Virus record (IMG/VR): IMGVR_UViG_3300035390_000014
Location: 64,001-128,000 of that record
Reading direction: 5' to 3' (one strand)
Origin: a virus
Taxonomy: Duplodnaviria; Caudoviricetes
DNA length: 64,000 nt
Every line of letters begins with the position of its first letter. Positions within the stretch are counted from its first letter, which is position 1. The translations under genes and the position numbers were made by a program. The notes under the pieces were generated by a model that had not been told where the DNA came from, did no database searches, and saw only the letters and a list, made by a program, of their open reading frames with translations. Below, one piece after another: positions 30,123 to 40,856 of this stretch.

Positions 30123-30206
30123 TCTTTTAATGAGGAACATATTAAATAAATGGACCTTCACTATTTATGGTAGACTTGAAGCTGGATAAAAGATAAGGAG
30201 AACTAC

Positions 30207-30458
30207 ATGTACACAATGCGCGCTGCTGATCCTGATATAAATAGATTTACAGAGTTACCAAACAAAGAAGAAGCGAAAATGATTATTCTGGAACAATTTA
30301 ATATTAATCAAACAGAATTATTATTTTGGTTGGATAACAATACAAAAGTAAAACACGTATTAAAAGAAGATGATTACTATTATATATTTTTTAAAAGTGA
30401 AACTGAATATACAAAACTAAGTGAATATTTAGAAGCCAAAGTTTTTATAGCTGCATAA
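30207..30458 (+). CDS. Hypothetical protein
   Basis: 83-aa ORF with AAGGAG RBS. Confidence 0.6.
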   Translation: MYTMRAADPDINRFTELPNKEEAKMIILEQFNINQTELLFWLDNNTKVKHVLKEDDYYYIFFKSETEYTKLSEYLEAKVFIAA

Positions 30459-30551
30459 GATAGATATAAAAAGTAAGCAGATAGATTTTCTGGAATCGTA
30501 TCCATTTATTAATATATATAATAATAAATTTTAAAATGAAAAAGGTAAATT

Positions 30552-31232
30552 ATGTCTGCACCTAAAAATCCTGATACAATAATTATAAAAAATGAGGCTT
30601 ATCCGCAAGGATTAACTCAGGGACAGGTTTGGAAATATTATCAAGACCATAAAGGTTTTATTTTAAATAATGTAAAAAATAGAGATTTAATGTTTGCTGT
30701 TATGGTTGATCTCAATAAATCAATTATGAAAAGACATTTATCAAAACCAAATGGTATACAATTAAATAATAGTAACTATGACATAGTTTTGTCAGGAAGA
30801 ACTGTAACTATATATCCATCAATGAAAGCATATGAAGATTTTTGTGTTATTGATATAGATAGTGATAATTGGCAAAAAGCTATAGAAGTTACAACCTATA
30901 TTTATAATATTATGAAAGAAGCTAATTTTGTAATGAATTTAAAAATTCTATATACAGGGAAGACTTCTTTTCATATTCATTGTTATCTACGAAATAAATA
31001 TCCTATTAATAAACTCAAGATGATCATTTTAGATCATATCCAAAGAAATCAAAATTCTACATTTACAATTCAACATAAAAGAACATCTACGAAACCTAAT
31101 ATAGATTTATCGCCAATGAAATATAAAGGAACCTATATAGCGGAAGGATCTTTGTCTATATGGGGATTAAAATGTATAACAGTGAACATAAATGATTTAA
31201 GGAATTTTAAACAATGGAAAGCAACAATATGA
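30552..31232 (+). CDS. Stand-alone LigD-type primase/polymerase (AEP) domain
   Basis: IDIDSD, YTGKTSFHIH, IDL motifs. Confidence 0.8.
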   Translation: MSAPKNPDTIIIKNEAYPQGLTQGQVWKYYQDHKGFILNNVKNRDLMFAVMVDLNKSIMKRHLSKPNGIQLNNSNYDIVLSGRTVTIYPSMKAYEDFCVIDIDSDNWQKAIEVTTYIYNIMKEANFVMNLKILYTGKTSFHIHCYLRNKYPINKLKMIILDHIQRNQNSTFTIQHKRTSTKPNIDLSPMKYKGTYIAEGSLSIWGLKCITVNINDLRNFKQWKATI

Positions 31233-32257
31233 AAATGTGGTTATTTAGATCAAATTTGCGATCATTAGAAAGTTATCATTCAATAAAAGATATAGAAACC
31301 TTTAAAGAAGAATGTCATGATTTTTACATATTACAATTAATATGGTTTCTTGAAAATGATTATATTGATGAAGCAATTGTGTGGAGACTAAGACCAAAAG
31401 ATGAACATAAAACCATAAAGAATATTCATTGGAAAGTTAATGATAAATGGTTCAGTCAAGTTTGGGTTGACGACTTTTCAGAAGCTATAGAACAAAATAC
31501 CTTATCAACAGACATCTCACTTTTCAGAGGTGGTTTCCCAGAATATGATAAATTAACACATCATAGAAATAAAAGAAAACTAGGTATTAGATTATATCTT
31601 GGAGCTGGACAAAGAGTATACCCTAAATATGGAGGTCAGTATGACAAATTTTTATTTGAAGAAGAAGTTACCTTTGGGAAAAATACGGTGCCTTTCTATA
31701 AAACTGCGTCGCCTAATATTTTTCATTCAATTCCATCAGCGGAAGATCCTTTATATGACATTTGTTATATCTCCAATTTTAGCCAATTAAGTTATAAAGG
31801 TCAAGAGAAATTTATACAACAGGTAGGAAATTCAAAATATTTACAATCACTTCGCATAGTTCATATTGGAAATAAACCAGAAATTGGAATTTCATTATGT
31901 CTTCAATATAATGTAGATAATATAATATTTAAAGGTTGGGTAGATAGAAATGAATCCAATCGTATAATCAATTTATGTAAATTTGGTTTAGTATATTCAA
32001 ATAAAACTGATGGTTGTCCAAGAGTTATATCAGAAATTTTAACAACAGGTACCCCACTATTTATAAGTGACCAAACCAGAGCTTTAAATTACTATAGATG
32101 CCCAGGTGTTACATCCTTTAATGATGCTGATTTTGAAAGAACCGTTAATGTATGTATGAATGCATATTCTGGAATAAAAGAACAAATGATGAAAAGTAAA
32201 CGTAGATTTACTATGGATTTGATTTGTAGAAGAAATTGGGAACAATGGAATAAATGA
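31214..32257 (+). CDS. GT-B glycosyltransferase (GT4-like)
   Basis: YKGQ...DGCPRVISEILTTGTP. Confidence 0.7.
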   Translation: MESNNMKMWLFRSNLRSLESYHSIKDIETFKEECHDFYILQLIWFLENDYIDEAIVWRLRPKDEHKTIKNIHWKVNDKWFSQVWVDDFSEAIEQNTLSTDISLFRGGFPEYDKLTHHRNKRKLGIRLYLGAGQRVYPKYGGQYDKFLFEEEVTFGKNTVPFYKTASPNIFHSIPSAEDPLYDICYISNFSQLSYKGQEKFIQQVGNSKYLQSLRIVHIGNKPEIGISLCLQYNVDNIIFKGWVDRNESNRIINLCKFGLVYSNKTDGCPRVISEILTTGTPLFISDQTRALNYYRCPGVTSFNDADFERTVNVCMNAYSGIKEQMMKSKRRFTMDLICRRNWEQWNK

Positions 32258-32321
32258 GAAAGTATTTTTAATAATTGGAACATATTATTAAATAAAATGA
32301 ATTTTAAAAGGGGAATAGTAT

Positions 32322-32870
32322 ATGTATGATTTAGTGATATTGTATAGTGGCGGCGCAGATTCAAGAATAATGTTAGAACTTTGTAGAGAACTTGATCTTA
32401 AACCTTATTGTATTATGATTGATTATGGGCAACTTAATAAAGAAGAATTAAAATTTGCAACTAGTCATCTTGAAAAAGCATTGATTGATCACCATACTGT
32501 TTGGATTAAAGGATTGAATGTTGATAGTGGTTTAACAGGAAATGGAATCCCTGATTTTAGTGGAGATGTTCATACAATGCATGTCCCTGGAAGAAATACA
32601 ATGTTTCTTAGTATAGCATATAGTATTGCTGAAAGTAAAGGTATTGATACAATTTGGTTGGGAAGTGATTGGGATGATAGATTAAATTTATTTCCTGATT
32701 GTTATCAAGAATATATTGTTGCAATGAATGAGGCATTTAAATATGCAGGTCCAAAACCAATTAAAATAGAAGCACCTCTATCAGGTCTTTCAAAAGTAAA
32801 TATTATTAAGATGCTTAAAAGTAGAGGAATTGAGGAGCATGAAATCTTTTCTGGATATGGAGATTTGTAA
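32322..32870 (+). CDS. queC: QueC-like 7-cyano-7-deazaguanine synthase lacking the C-terminal Zn site
   Basis: LYSGGADS, DYGQ, VPGRNTMFLSIA, PDC, APL. Confidence 0.8.
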   Translation: MYDLVILYSGGADSRIMLELCRELDLKPYCIMIDYGQLNKEELKFATSHLEKALIDHHTVWIKGLNVDSGLTGNGIPDFSGDVHTMHVPGRNTMFLSIAYSIAESKGIDTIWLGSDWDDRLNLFPDCYQEYIVAMNEAFKYAGPKPIKIEAPLSGLSKVNIIKMLKSRGIEEHEIFSGYGDL

Positions 32871-33048
32871 TGGAGTTTATAAATAATTATTTTTGGATTG
32901 CAGTTATATTTATACTGGTATGGTTTAAAATAGATTGTAGAAAATATAATAGGTTTGTGGTTGATAAATTTGAAGTGTTTATGTATTATATTTTTAGTTA
33001 TTTTACTGTTTTACATTTTATGACTAATGGAATATTTAGGGGTTGAAA

Positions 33049-33612
33049 ATGAAATTAAAATGTATTATTAATTTATTTGGTGGACCAGGTGTCGGTAAAA
33101 GTACTGTTGCTGCAGAATTATTTGCAGTGATGAAAAAAGTAAATTATAATGTAGAATTTGTTACTGAATATGCTAAAGAATTGACTTACGAAGGAAGGTA
33201 TAATATTCTAGAACAGGATCAATTATATGTCTTTGCAAAACAACATAGAAAAATAATGAGATTAAGAGACAAAGTTGAATATATTATAACTGATAGTCCT
33301 TTATTATTATCCGCAGTATATTCAGAATTAAATCCTTATAATGTTTTTGATCATGATTTATTTATAAACTTAGTATATAATATAAATGATAAATATAATA
33401 ACTTAAATATTCTTTTAGAAAGAAATATGAATTTTAATTATAAACAAGAGGGTAGATATCAAGATGAAGCAGGAGCTTTATTTGTAGATAATGCTATAAG
33501 AAAAACTATTGAAAAACAAAAAATAGATATAACGCCTATAATTTCAGATCATTGTACAATAGAAAAAATTATAGCCCTTCAAAAAGGAAAAATGAAAAAT
33601 GAAATGGGATGA
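33049..33612 (+). CDS. NadR/AAA_28-like P-loop nucleotide kinase
   Basis: GGPGVGKST, EYAKEL, ITDSPLL, GRYQ. Confidence 0.8.
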   Translation: MKLKCIINLFGGPGVGKSTVAAELFAVMKKVNYNVEFVTEYAKELTYEGRYNILEQDQLYVFAKQHRKIMRLRDKVEYIITDSPLLLSAVYSELNPYNVFDHDLFINLVYNINDKYNNLNILLERNMNFNYKQEGRYQDEAGALFVDNAIRKTIEKQKIDITPIISDHCTIEKIIALQKGKMKNEMG

Positions 33613-34129
33613 ATATTATTTAGGAATATGTGATGCAGTATCGAAAAAATCTAAATGTCATTCAAGACAAATTGGAGCAATATTAGTTAAAGATAAAATT
33701 GTTATATCAACCGGATATAATGGACCAGCAAGAGATGTTCCAGAATGTAGACTAAGATTATATAGAGATAAGAATATTGAGAAAGAATTAGAGAAAAGAG
33801 AAATAACCGATTCTCAGATAAAAGCTGCATATGATGCTAAAATGTGTCCAAGAAAAGTTATGGGATTTCCTTCTGGTGAAGGACTTGAATGGTGTAATGC
33901 TGTTCACTCTGAAAAAAATTGTTTGTTGGCTGCAGCGAGAATGGGTATATCTACTAAAGGTGCAATTCTTTATATGAATGCTGAAGTATCACCATGTACT
34001 CAATGTTATTCAGCTTGTATTAATGCTGGTATTAAAGAAATTGTATTGATTAAAAATAATATATATGATCCTTCTCTTGAATTTTGTATTGAATATGCAA
34101 AACTGCCAATAAGGGAATTTGATATATGA
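33599..34129 (+). CDS. dCMP deaminase
   Basis: GYNG, HSEKN, PCTQC. Confidence 0.92.
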   Translation: MKWDEYYLGICDAVSKKSKCHSRQIGAILVKDKIVISTGYNGPARDVPECRLRLYRDKNIEKELEKREITDSQIKAAYDAKMCPRKVMGFPSGEGLEWCNAVHSEKNCLLAAARMGISTKGAILYMNAEVSPCTQCYSACINAGIKEIVLIKNNIYDPSLEFCIEYAKLPIREFDI

Positions 34130-34926
34130 AAAATATTTGTGTTATTGGTAATGGTTATGTTGGTGCGGCAATGGTTGAATTGTTAAAAGATAAACATATA
34201 GTTAAAATTAAAGAAATAGATGATGATTACAGAAATGTTAATGAATCAAATTTAGCTATTATATGTGTACCAACTGAAATGAGAGAAGATGGAACATGTG
34301 ATACTTCTATAGTTGAAAAAGTTATTGAAGAATCTAATGCTCCTTATTACTTAATTAAATCAACTGTAACGCCAGGTACCACTTTAGAATTATCTTACAA
34401 ATATAAAAAGAAAATAGTATTTTCACCCGAGTATATTGGAGAAGGAAATTACCCAACCCCTCATTGGGATGGGATTCCACATGCAACAAATATAAAACTA
34501 CATGAATTTCAAATATTTGGTGGCCAAAGAGATCACTGTGGTTTTATGATTGATATTTTTATGCCAATTCTTGGACCTTATTGCAAATTTATTCAAACAG
34601 ATTCAACTTCTGCTGAATTAGTTAAATATATGGAGAATACTTATCTTGCAACTAAAGTAGTTTTTAGTCATGAGTTCGCTCGTATATCAAAACTTTTTGG
34701 AAGAGATTATAATGAAATAAGAGAACTATTTCTTTTGGATAAAAGATGTGAGAGAGGATCTACTGCTATATTTAATGGTAAATTGGGTTTTGGTGGAAAG
34801 TGTTTACCTAAAGATATTGCAGGAATATATGCTGCTGCAAAGGAAAGAGGTTTTGATTCTAAATTTCTGAAGCAAGTTATTGATACTAATAAGGAACTAA
34901 AAAATGAAACAAAGAAAGATAGGTGA
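34126..34926 (+). CDS. ugd: UDP-glucose/GDP-mannose 6-dehydrogenase family (short form)
   Basis: GNGYVG, CVPT, IKSTVTPGT, SPEY, AELVKYMENTYLA, GFGGKCLPKD. Confidence 0.88.
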   Translation: MKNICVIGNGYVGAAMVELLKDKHIVKIKEIDDDYRNVNESNLAIICVPTEMREDGTCDTSIVEKVIEESNAPYYLIKSTVTPGTTLELSYKYKKKIVFSPEYIGEGNYPTPHWDGIPHATNIKLHEFQIFGGQRDHCGFMIDIFMPILGPYCKFIQTDSTSAELVKYMENTYLATKVVFSHEFARISKLFGRDYNEIRELFLLDKRCERGSTAIFNGKLGFGGKCLPKDIAGIYAAAKERGFDSKFLKQVIDTNKELKNETKKDR

Positions 34927-35380
34927 AGAGTTAGAGAAAAATCAAATTAAAGGAGAAGCTATAAGATATGATTATGGTAAACTTCGTTGGGATTTGATGC
35001 CAGATGATGCACTTGAAAAAATTGTTGAAATATATACTCATGGAGCAATTAAATATAATGATGAAAATTGGCGTGATGGGTTTTCATGGAAGCGTTGTAT
35101 TGGTTCTCTAAAAAGACATTTAAAAGCATTCACTACCGGAGAAGATATTGATGAAGATAGTGGAGCATTACATTTAAGTCAAGTAGCATGGAACGCAATA
35201 ACTCTCTTATGGTTTCAAATACATGGTAAAGGAACTGATGATAGAGTTATAACATTTGATCATCCAGAGTTAATGATTCAATGTAAAGAAGATATACAAA
35301 AACAGATTGATATGTTTTGGGAAATTTGTGAAAAAAAGATGAAGGAGAAAGAGAATGGCAAAAGTATATCTAGCAGGTAG
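34904..35380 (+). CDS. dATP/dGTP diphosphohydrolase (DUF5664-like)
   Basis: YDYGKLRWDL, GAIKY..NWR.G, SL.RH...GEDID.DSG..HL. Confidence 0.88.
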   Translation: MKQRKIGEELEKNQIKGEAIRYDYGKLRWDLMPDDALEKIVEIYTHGAIKYNDENWRDGFSWKRCIGSLKRHLKAFTTGEDIDEDSGALHLSQVAWNAITLLWFQIHGKGTDDRVITFDHPELMIQCKEDIQKQIDMFWEICEKKMKEKENGKSISSR

Positions 35381-35792
35381 TATTTGGGAAACTGATTATC
35401 GTGAATATGTCCATAAAAATTATAAAGATAAATTAACAATTTTAGATCCATTAATTGAAAATGGAGTTACTGTAAATATTATAACTAAAACAGTTGATAG
35501 GACAAGAGAAAATTTTGAAATTGTTGAATTAGATAAAGAGATGATTAGAAAATCTGATATCTTTGTTGCTTTTATAAGACAATGGACGGCAGGAACTTTA
35601 ATGGAAATAATGTATGCATATGAAAATCATAAACCTGTATACATAATAACCGACCCGGACGCAGTATTGCATTTAGACATTTGGTTATCATATCATTACA
35701 CAAGAAACTTTTTCAATATTGAAACTTGCTTTGATCATATATTAAAACAAGTTGAATGTAAAGATCAACAAGAAACATTAAACAAAATATAA
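35355..35792 (+). CDS. Nucleoside 2-deoxyribosyltransferase family
   Basis: VYLAGSI, LDP, DKEMI..SD, GTLMEI.YA. Confidence 0.85.
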   Translation: MAKVYLAGSIWETDYREYVHKNYKDKLTILDPLIENGVTVNIITKTVDRTRENFEIVELDKEMIRKSDIFVAFIRQWTAGTLMEIMYAYENHKPVYIITDPDAVLHLDIWLSYHYTRNFFNIETCFDHILKQVECKDQQETLNKI

Positions 35793-35800
35793 TAACCATT

Positions 35801-35820
35801 CTATATATATTAATATACAT
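35801..35820 (+). promoter_or_regulatory. 20-bp motif CTATATATATTAATATACAT, copy 2
   Basis: Exact repeat, intergenic. Confidence 0.6.
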
Positions 35821-35863
35821 ATGAAGTATCAATTATTATATTAATTTTATAGGAGATTTTATT

Positions 35864-36079
35864 ATGACAGACTTTGGTGATGCAATTAGAGAGAATATTA
35901 TTTACACAAGATTTGGTAAAAAATATCTAAAATGTAAAAGAGATGAAGTTATTAAGGAAGGTGCAATGCAGTCTTGGTGCTTTGGTGAATTGCAACCAAT
36001 TATGAATACAGATAGTGAAACAATTGGTGATACTCCATCTTCTTTTTCAGACGAAAGAGATTTCTATAACCCATATTAA
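35864..36079 (+). CDS. Small hypothetical protein
   Basis: 71 aa, AGGAG RBS. Confidence 0.6.
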   Translation: MTDFGDAIRENIIYTRFGKKYLKCKRDEVIKEGAMQSWCFGELQPIMNTDSETIGDTPSSFSDERDFYNPY

Positions 36080-36090
36080 TGAGGTGTTAA

Positions 36091-37401
36091 GTGGATCATA
36101 TTGATATTGTACGAAGGTTGTGTGACAACAACTGTAGCACCTATTTGGTAGGTGGTGGGATCAGGGATATGTTACTTGGTAACGATCCTGATGATTTTGA
36201 TGTTGTCACAGAAGCAACTCCTGATAAGGTGATGGAGTTGTTCAAAGATTGTAATGTAAAACAGGTTGGAAAATCATTTGGAGTTATTTTAGTTGAAGGT
36301 TATGAAGTTGCAACCTTTAGATATGATAGATATAAAGATTCTAAATGTATTGTTTCATTTGCAGATAATATTCATGAGGATTTAAAGAGAAGAGATTTAA
36401 CAGTTAATGCTATGGCATTTTGTGAATTAACTGGAGAATTGATTGATGATCATGGTGGACGAGATGATCTTGATAGAAGGATTATTAAATTTGTTGATGA
36501 TCCTGATATAAGAATTAAAGAAGATCCTTGTAGGATTCTTAGAGCTTGTAGATTTTTATCTAAAATTGATGGAACATTTGAGTATAATACATTCAAATCA
36601 TTAAAAAGAAATGTATGGAAATATAAAATTGCCCCTGAAAGAATTAGACTTGAAATTTTAAAAGCAATGAAAAATAAGGAAGCTTCTAAATTTTTTAAAG
36701 CTTTAAAATCAATTGGTATGTTGAAACATATTCTACCAAGTCTTGATAAATGTTGGAAACATGAACATGGGATCCATCATAAGGAAGATGTATTTGATCA
36801 CTGTATGTATTGTGGAGATTCAATTTCTTGTGATGACCCAATTCTTAAATTAACTGGCTATCTTCATGATGTTGGGAAACCAATTTCTTTTAAAGATGGA
36901 AAGTTTATTTATCATGAGATAGAAGGTGCTGAGGCATTAGAAAAAGAGTTGAAAGCATTAACATTTACTCTTGATGAAATTAAAAGAATATGTAGTCTGG
37001 TTAGATTACATATGAACTCAATTCAAAAAATGACTCCAAAAGCAATTAGAAAGTTGCTTAGAAAATTTGATGAATATGGGGTTATAATTGATGATTTCAT
37101 GGTATTGAGAAAAGCGGATAGAAGAGCTAACATTGCAAGAGAGGATTTTACACCAGAAGAATGGATTGCAATGGAACAACAACTAAGACAAGAGATTCTT
37201 GAAGATAAACCTTTTAACATTCATAGTCTTATATTTAAAGGTAGAGATATCATTGAAGTATTTGATTTATTACCTGGAGCAAGAATTGGTAAGATTCAAC
37301 ATTTGATGATGGATTATATTGTTGAAGAAGGTCAACAATATAATACTTATGAAGATTTAAAGGAATATGTTATTAAAGTTTTAAAAGAAAAATTGGTTTA
37401 G
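36091..37401 (+). CDS. cca: CCA-adding tRNA nucleotidyltransferase with HD domain
   Basis: VGGGIRD, DFDVVT, DLKRRDLTVNAMA, EDPCRILRACRF, ERIRLE, HDVGK. Confidence 0.93.
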   Translation: MDHIDIVRRLCDNNCSTYLVGGGIRDMLLGNDPDDFDVVTEATPDKVMELFKDCNVKQVGKSFGVILVEGYEVATFRYDRYKDSKCIVSFADNIHEDLKRRDLTVNAMAFCELTGELIDDHGGRDDLDRRIIKFVDDPDIRIKEDPCRILRACRFLSKIDGTFEYNTFKSLKRNVWKYKIAPERIRLEILKAMKNKEASKFFKALKSIGMLKHILPSLDKCWKHEHGIHHKEDVFDHCMYCGDSISCDDPILKLTGYLHDVGKPISFKDGKFIYHEIEGAEALEKELKALTFTLDEIKRICSLVRLHMNSIQKMTPKAIRKLLRKFDEYGVIIDDFMVLRKADRRANIAREDFTPEEWIAMEQQLRQEILEDKPFNIHSLIFKGRDIIEVFDLLPGARIGKIQHLMMDYIVEEGQQYNTYEDLKEYVIKVLKEKLV

Positions 37402-37402
37402 T

Positions 37403-37439
37403 AAAAAAATGTCGTGCTTATATAGGCGACATTTTTTTT
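37403..37439 (+). terminator. Intrinsic terminator
   Basis: AAAAAATGTCG...CGACATTTTTT. Confidence 0.75.
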
Positions 37440-37498
37440 GTCAATTTTTTATACAAATGGAACATAATATAAATGAAATGTATATAGGAGAATTAAAA

Positions 37499-38569
37499 AT
37501 GAGCATCGTAGATAAACTAACCAGTCGAGGTTTAATCACCCCACCCCCACATCTTAAAACTAATATTCACTTTGAAGTTATGATGGGATCAATTGCTTAT
37601 GGTTGTAGTAATGATGCATCTGATTGTGATGTTTATGGTTTTAGTATTCCACCAAAAGATATAATCTTTCCTCATATAAATGGTTACATTATTGGGTTTG
37701 GTAGACAACCTAAAAAATTCGAGCAGTATCAGCAGCACCACATCAAGGATGAAATCCATAACAAAGAATATGATATTACCATTTATAATATCATTAAATA
37801 CTTCCAACTTGTAATGCAAAACAATCCTAATATGATTGATTCTTTATTTGTACCAAGAAGATGTATTTTACATTCAACTCAAGTTGGTGAAAGAGTTAGA
37901 GAAATGAGAAGATTATTTCTAACTAAAAAAGCATGGCATACATTTAAAGGTTATGCTTATTCTCAATTGAATAAATGTAAGAATAAAAGTATTCAACAAT
38001 ATATTGAATTATGTAAAAGAATGGAAATTGATTTTCATATCTCTATGGAAGATTTTGATACTTATAATGAGGAAAATTATGTATCAACAGTCAATAGAGA
38101 ATTATTTAAAGCATTATATTCTAAAGTTCATCAATCAGGTAAAATAACTAAACGATTAGACGTTATTGATAAATTTGGTTATGATGTTAAATTTGCTTAT
38201 CATATTGTAAGACTTTTAAATGAAGTTGAGCAAATTCTGGTTGAACAAGATTTAGACCTAGAACGAAATAGAGAACAATTAAAATCTATTAGACGTGGTG
38301 ATTGGACTCTTCCAGAAATTGAAAATTACTTTGCTGAAAAAGAATTATCATTAGAAAAGTTATATACTTCAAGTACTCTTAGACATTCACCAGATGAAGA
38401 AGGTATTAAAAAACTTCTAATGGAATGTTTAGAGATGCATTATGGTAGTTTAGATGCATGTGTTGTACAACCAGATAAAGCTATTGAGGCTTTAAAATTG
38501 ATTGAAGAAATTTCTGGAGGTATATTAAGAAAGAAAAATGAGTTCCTAATTACAGGAAAGGTTTATTAA
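37499..38569 (+). CDS. Pol-beta superfamily nucleotidyltransferase (RlaP/YcgL-like)
   Basis: MGSIAYG...SDCDVYG, NNPNMIDSLF, KFAYHIVRLL; ATG 37499 has an RBS and is preferred over the track start. Confidence 0.82.
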   Translation: MSIVDKLTSRGLITPPPHLKTNIHFEVMMGSIAYGCSNDASDCDVYGFSIPPKDIIFPHINGYIIGFGRQPKKFEQYQQHHIKDEIHNKEYDITIYNIIKYFQLVMQNNPNMIDSLFVPRRCILHSTQVGERVREMRRLFLTKKAWHTFKGYAYSQLNKCKNKSIQQYIELCKRMEIDFHISMEDFDTYNEENYVSTVNRELFKALYSKVHQSGKITKRLDVIDKFGYDVKFAYHIVRLLNEVEQILVEQDLDLERNREQLKSIRRGDWTLPEIENYFAEKELSLEKLYTSSTLRHSPDEEGIKKLLMECLEMHYGSLDACVVQPDKAIEALKLIEEISGGILRKKNEFLITGKVY

Positions 38570-38579
38570 GGAGTTTAAA

Positions 38580-38774
38580 ATGAAAGAAATAACTTTAAAA
38601 TTTGAAACAGAAGAATTGTATAATGATTTTATAGGTTGGTTTTGTGATGGTGGTGGAGAAGATAATTTTTATTCTACAATAGAATATACTGATAGAACAC
38701 CATTTATTACACATACAACTTTTGAAAATAGTAAAGTTAAATCAATTAATTTTAAAGAATGTAATAAAGAATAA
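38580..38774 (+). CDS. Small hypothetical protein
   Basis: AAGGAG RBS; WFCDGGGE. Confidence 0.55.
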   Translation: MKEITLKFETEELYNDFIGWFCDGGGEDNFYSTIEYTDRTPFITHTTFENSKVKSINFKECNKE

Positions 38775-38816
38775 GAAGTTATTATTATCATAAAGAACAT
38801 ATTTAAAAGGTGAATT

Positions 38817-39416
38817 ATGAATAAGTATGACGGACATAGGCAAGATAAAACAGCTAATACTATAGATGAGATTGCTAACAAATTGAAAACAGTGGAGGAT
38901 GAAATGGATAAAGAAATTACAGGCGGAAATGAACAGGCGGTTAAAGTAACACCAATGGAAATTGCTAAATCACTATTGGTCAAAAGAACTTTGAAGGGTG
39001 GGCGAATGGGAATTGATGATGATCTTTGCAACACAAATCTAATTTCAAAGGATTATAGTCCAATGTTTATTAGAAAATTTAATGCGAAGGCCCTACATAA
39101 TTGGCCTCTATATGTATCAATGATTTGTGATGAAGATGTTAGTGATATTGATTCAGTTGTTAATGGTGCTTTGAAAGCTGCTGATGAAGCTGGACTTTTG
39201 GGTAATAATCTTCAGAATATGAGAAATTTGACAGGGATTATTTCTGAGACTCTATCAACATATTATAACAATAAAAAAGAAAATTGTGTTGAGGGAATTG
39301 CTGTAACATTATATATAGACAAAGCTTATATTCAAAGTCTTTCTGGAGACTTTATGAACCATGCCCAGTGTCGCAGTGAATATACTCAGGCATTGATGAT
39401 GATGACACAGATTTAA
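38817..39416 (+). CDS. Hypothetical protein
   Basis: 199 aa, AGGTG RBS. Confidence 0.65.
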   Translation: MNKYDGHRQDKTANTIDEIANKLKTVEDEMDKEITGGNEQAVKVTPMEIAKSLLVKRTLKGGRMGIDDDLCNTNLISKDYSPMFIRKFNAKALHNWPLYVSMICDEDVSDIDSVVNGALKAADEAGLLGNNLQNMRNLTGIISETLSTYYNNKKENCVEGIAVTLYIDKAYIQSLSGDFMNHAQCRSEYTQALMMMTQI

Positions 39417-39572
39417 AATGAAAATTATAGAAGTAAAGTGTTGTGGGGGCTGTCCATATCTATCACCTTATGATTGGCAGTTACCCACAAAATGCACACT
39501 TTTTGATTTTATAATTAAAGATGAATCAATTGTTCATCCTAATTGTAAATTGAAAGATAAGGAAGAATAATT

Positions 39573-39908
39573 ATGGTAGCTAAAGCTCAAGTATATATGT
39601 GTCAATATTGCATGTCTTTATTTTTAGAAGAAGAAGATGCAATTAAATGTGAAGAGATTCATGCTTCTTATACAAATCTTGAAGTAGCTGATAGTAGACA
39701 GTTTGATGATATACATAATGAATATGGAGAACAAAGGTTCCCTAAACATATACTACTATCTGATAAAAGATATAGTGGAGTTTTAGCAGAATACCATCGG
39801 GGGTCAGTTGCTTCTATGGAGGATTTTTATGAACATGAACCTTGGTCTGATGAATCCAATAAAAAAGTTGATGACCGTATGGCGATTAAAACGACTAACG
39901 AAGAATAA
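39573..39908 (+). CDS. C2H2-like Zn-finger protein
   Basis: YMCQYC...CEEIH. Confidence 0.6.
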   Translation: MVAKAQVYMCQYCMSLFLEEEDAIKCEEIHASYTNLEVADSRQFDDIHNEYGEQRFPKHILLSDKRYSGVLAEYHRGSVASMEDFYEHEPWSDESNKKVDDRMAIKTTNEE

Positions 39909-40136
39909 TAAAACTTTATTAACAGAAGGATCTACTATGGGATTTAAATCTACATCTACTATTTTCTATAGTAGATCCTGCATATATTATGATGAAATAG
40001 GGGTTTGTAATAAAAAACCAAGAGATGGTTTATATAGACAGGAATGTAAAGTTCCATGTTCAATTGGTAAGTTTAAAAGACCCCAACCACCACCTCCACC
40101 ACCACCAAGAAAAATTAATTATTAAAGGAGTTATAT

Positions 40137-40856
40137 ATGACAGACAAAGAAATAATTAAAAAAGTTAAAGAATGGTTTGACATGTACCCTCCTGAGTATG
40201 GTTCTATAGAAGAGTGGAATATAATTGATAAAATTAATAAGTTAAAATACCCAAAAAGATATTGGATTGCTGAAACCTTAATTCCAAATACTTGGTGGCC
40301 AATTACTCGAACTTATAATAAAATTGTTAGTTATATAAGATTTGGTTTCTTTGAAAAATTACATTTAATTGATACTAAATTACCTCATGACTATCAAGAA
40401 GTAGATACAAGACTTTTACATGGATCGTTTTCTTTGTTAGTTGATTTTGTTGAAATTGAAAAAGCATGGATGCAAGCAATATTTAGTGAAAATTATAAAA
40501 GACCATGGTGGAAATTAGATAGTCGTTTTAGAGATAGAGAATTAGGATTAAAGTATCTTGATTGGGAAATAACTTTAATCAACAGCGAATATTCTGATCT
40601 TCAAGGCATTAATGCTAAAATTATTAAAGAATTATATCTATGGTGGGTTGATAGTCGCCCAAATAGAATAGAGCCATATAGTATAATGGAAGATATACCA
40701 GAAGATTCAACCGGAAGAAAAGATTGGTTTGGTAAAAAAGATCCTAATAGAACTGAAACTTATAAAATAATTGATAAACTTGAAACAGATTATTTTAATG
40801 AAGATACTTTAATGTTGAAAAAATTAGTTTCAATCAGAGCATCATTGTGGACTTAG
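40137..40856 (+). CDS. Trp-rich hypothetical phage protein
   Basis: 239 aa; ELYLWW...RP and LKKLVSIRASLWT. Confidence 0.65.
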   Translation: MTDKEIIKKVKEWFDMYPPEYGSIEEWNIIDKINKLKYPKRYWIAETLIPNTWWPITRTYNKIVSYIRFGFFEKLHLIDTKLPHDYQEVDTRLLHGSFSLLVDFVEIEKAWMQAIFSENYKRPWWKLDSRFRDRELGLKYLDWEITLINSEYSDLQGINAKIIKELYLWWVDSRPNRIEPYSIMEDIPEDSTGRKDWFGKKDPNRTETYKIIDKLETDYFNEDTLMLKKLVSIRASLWT

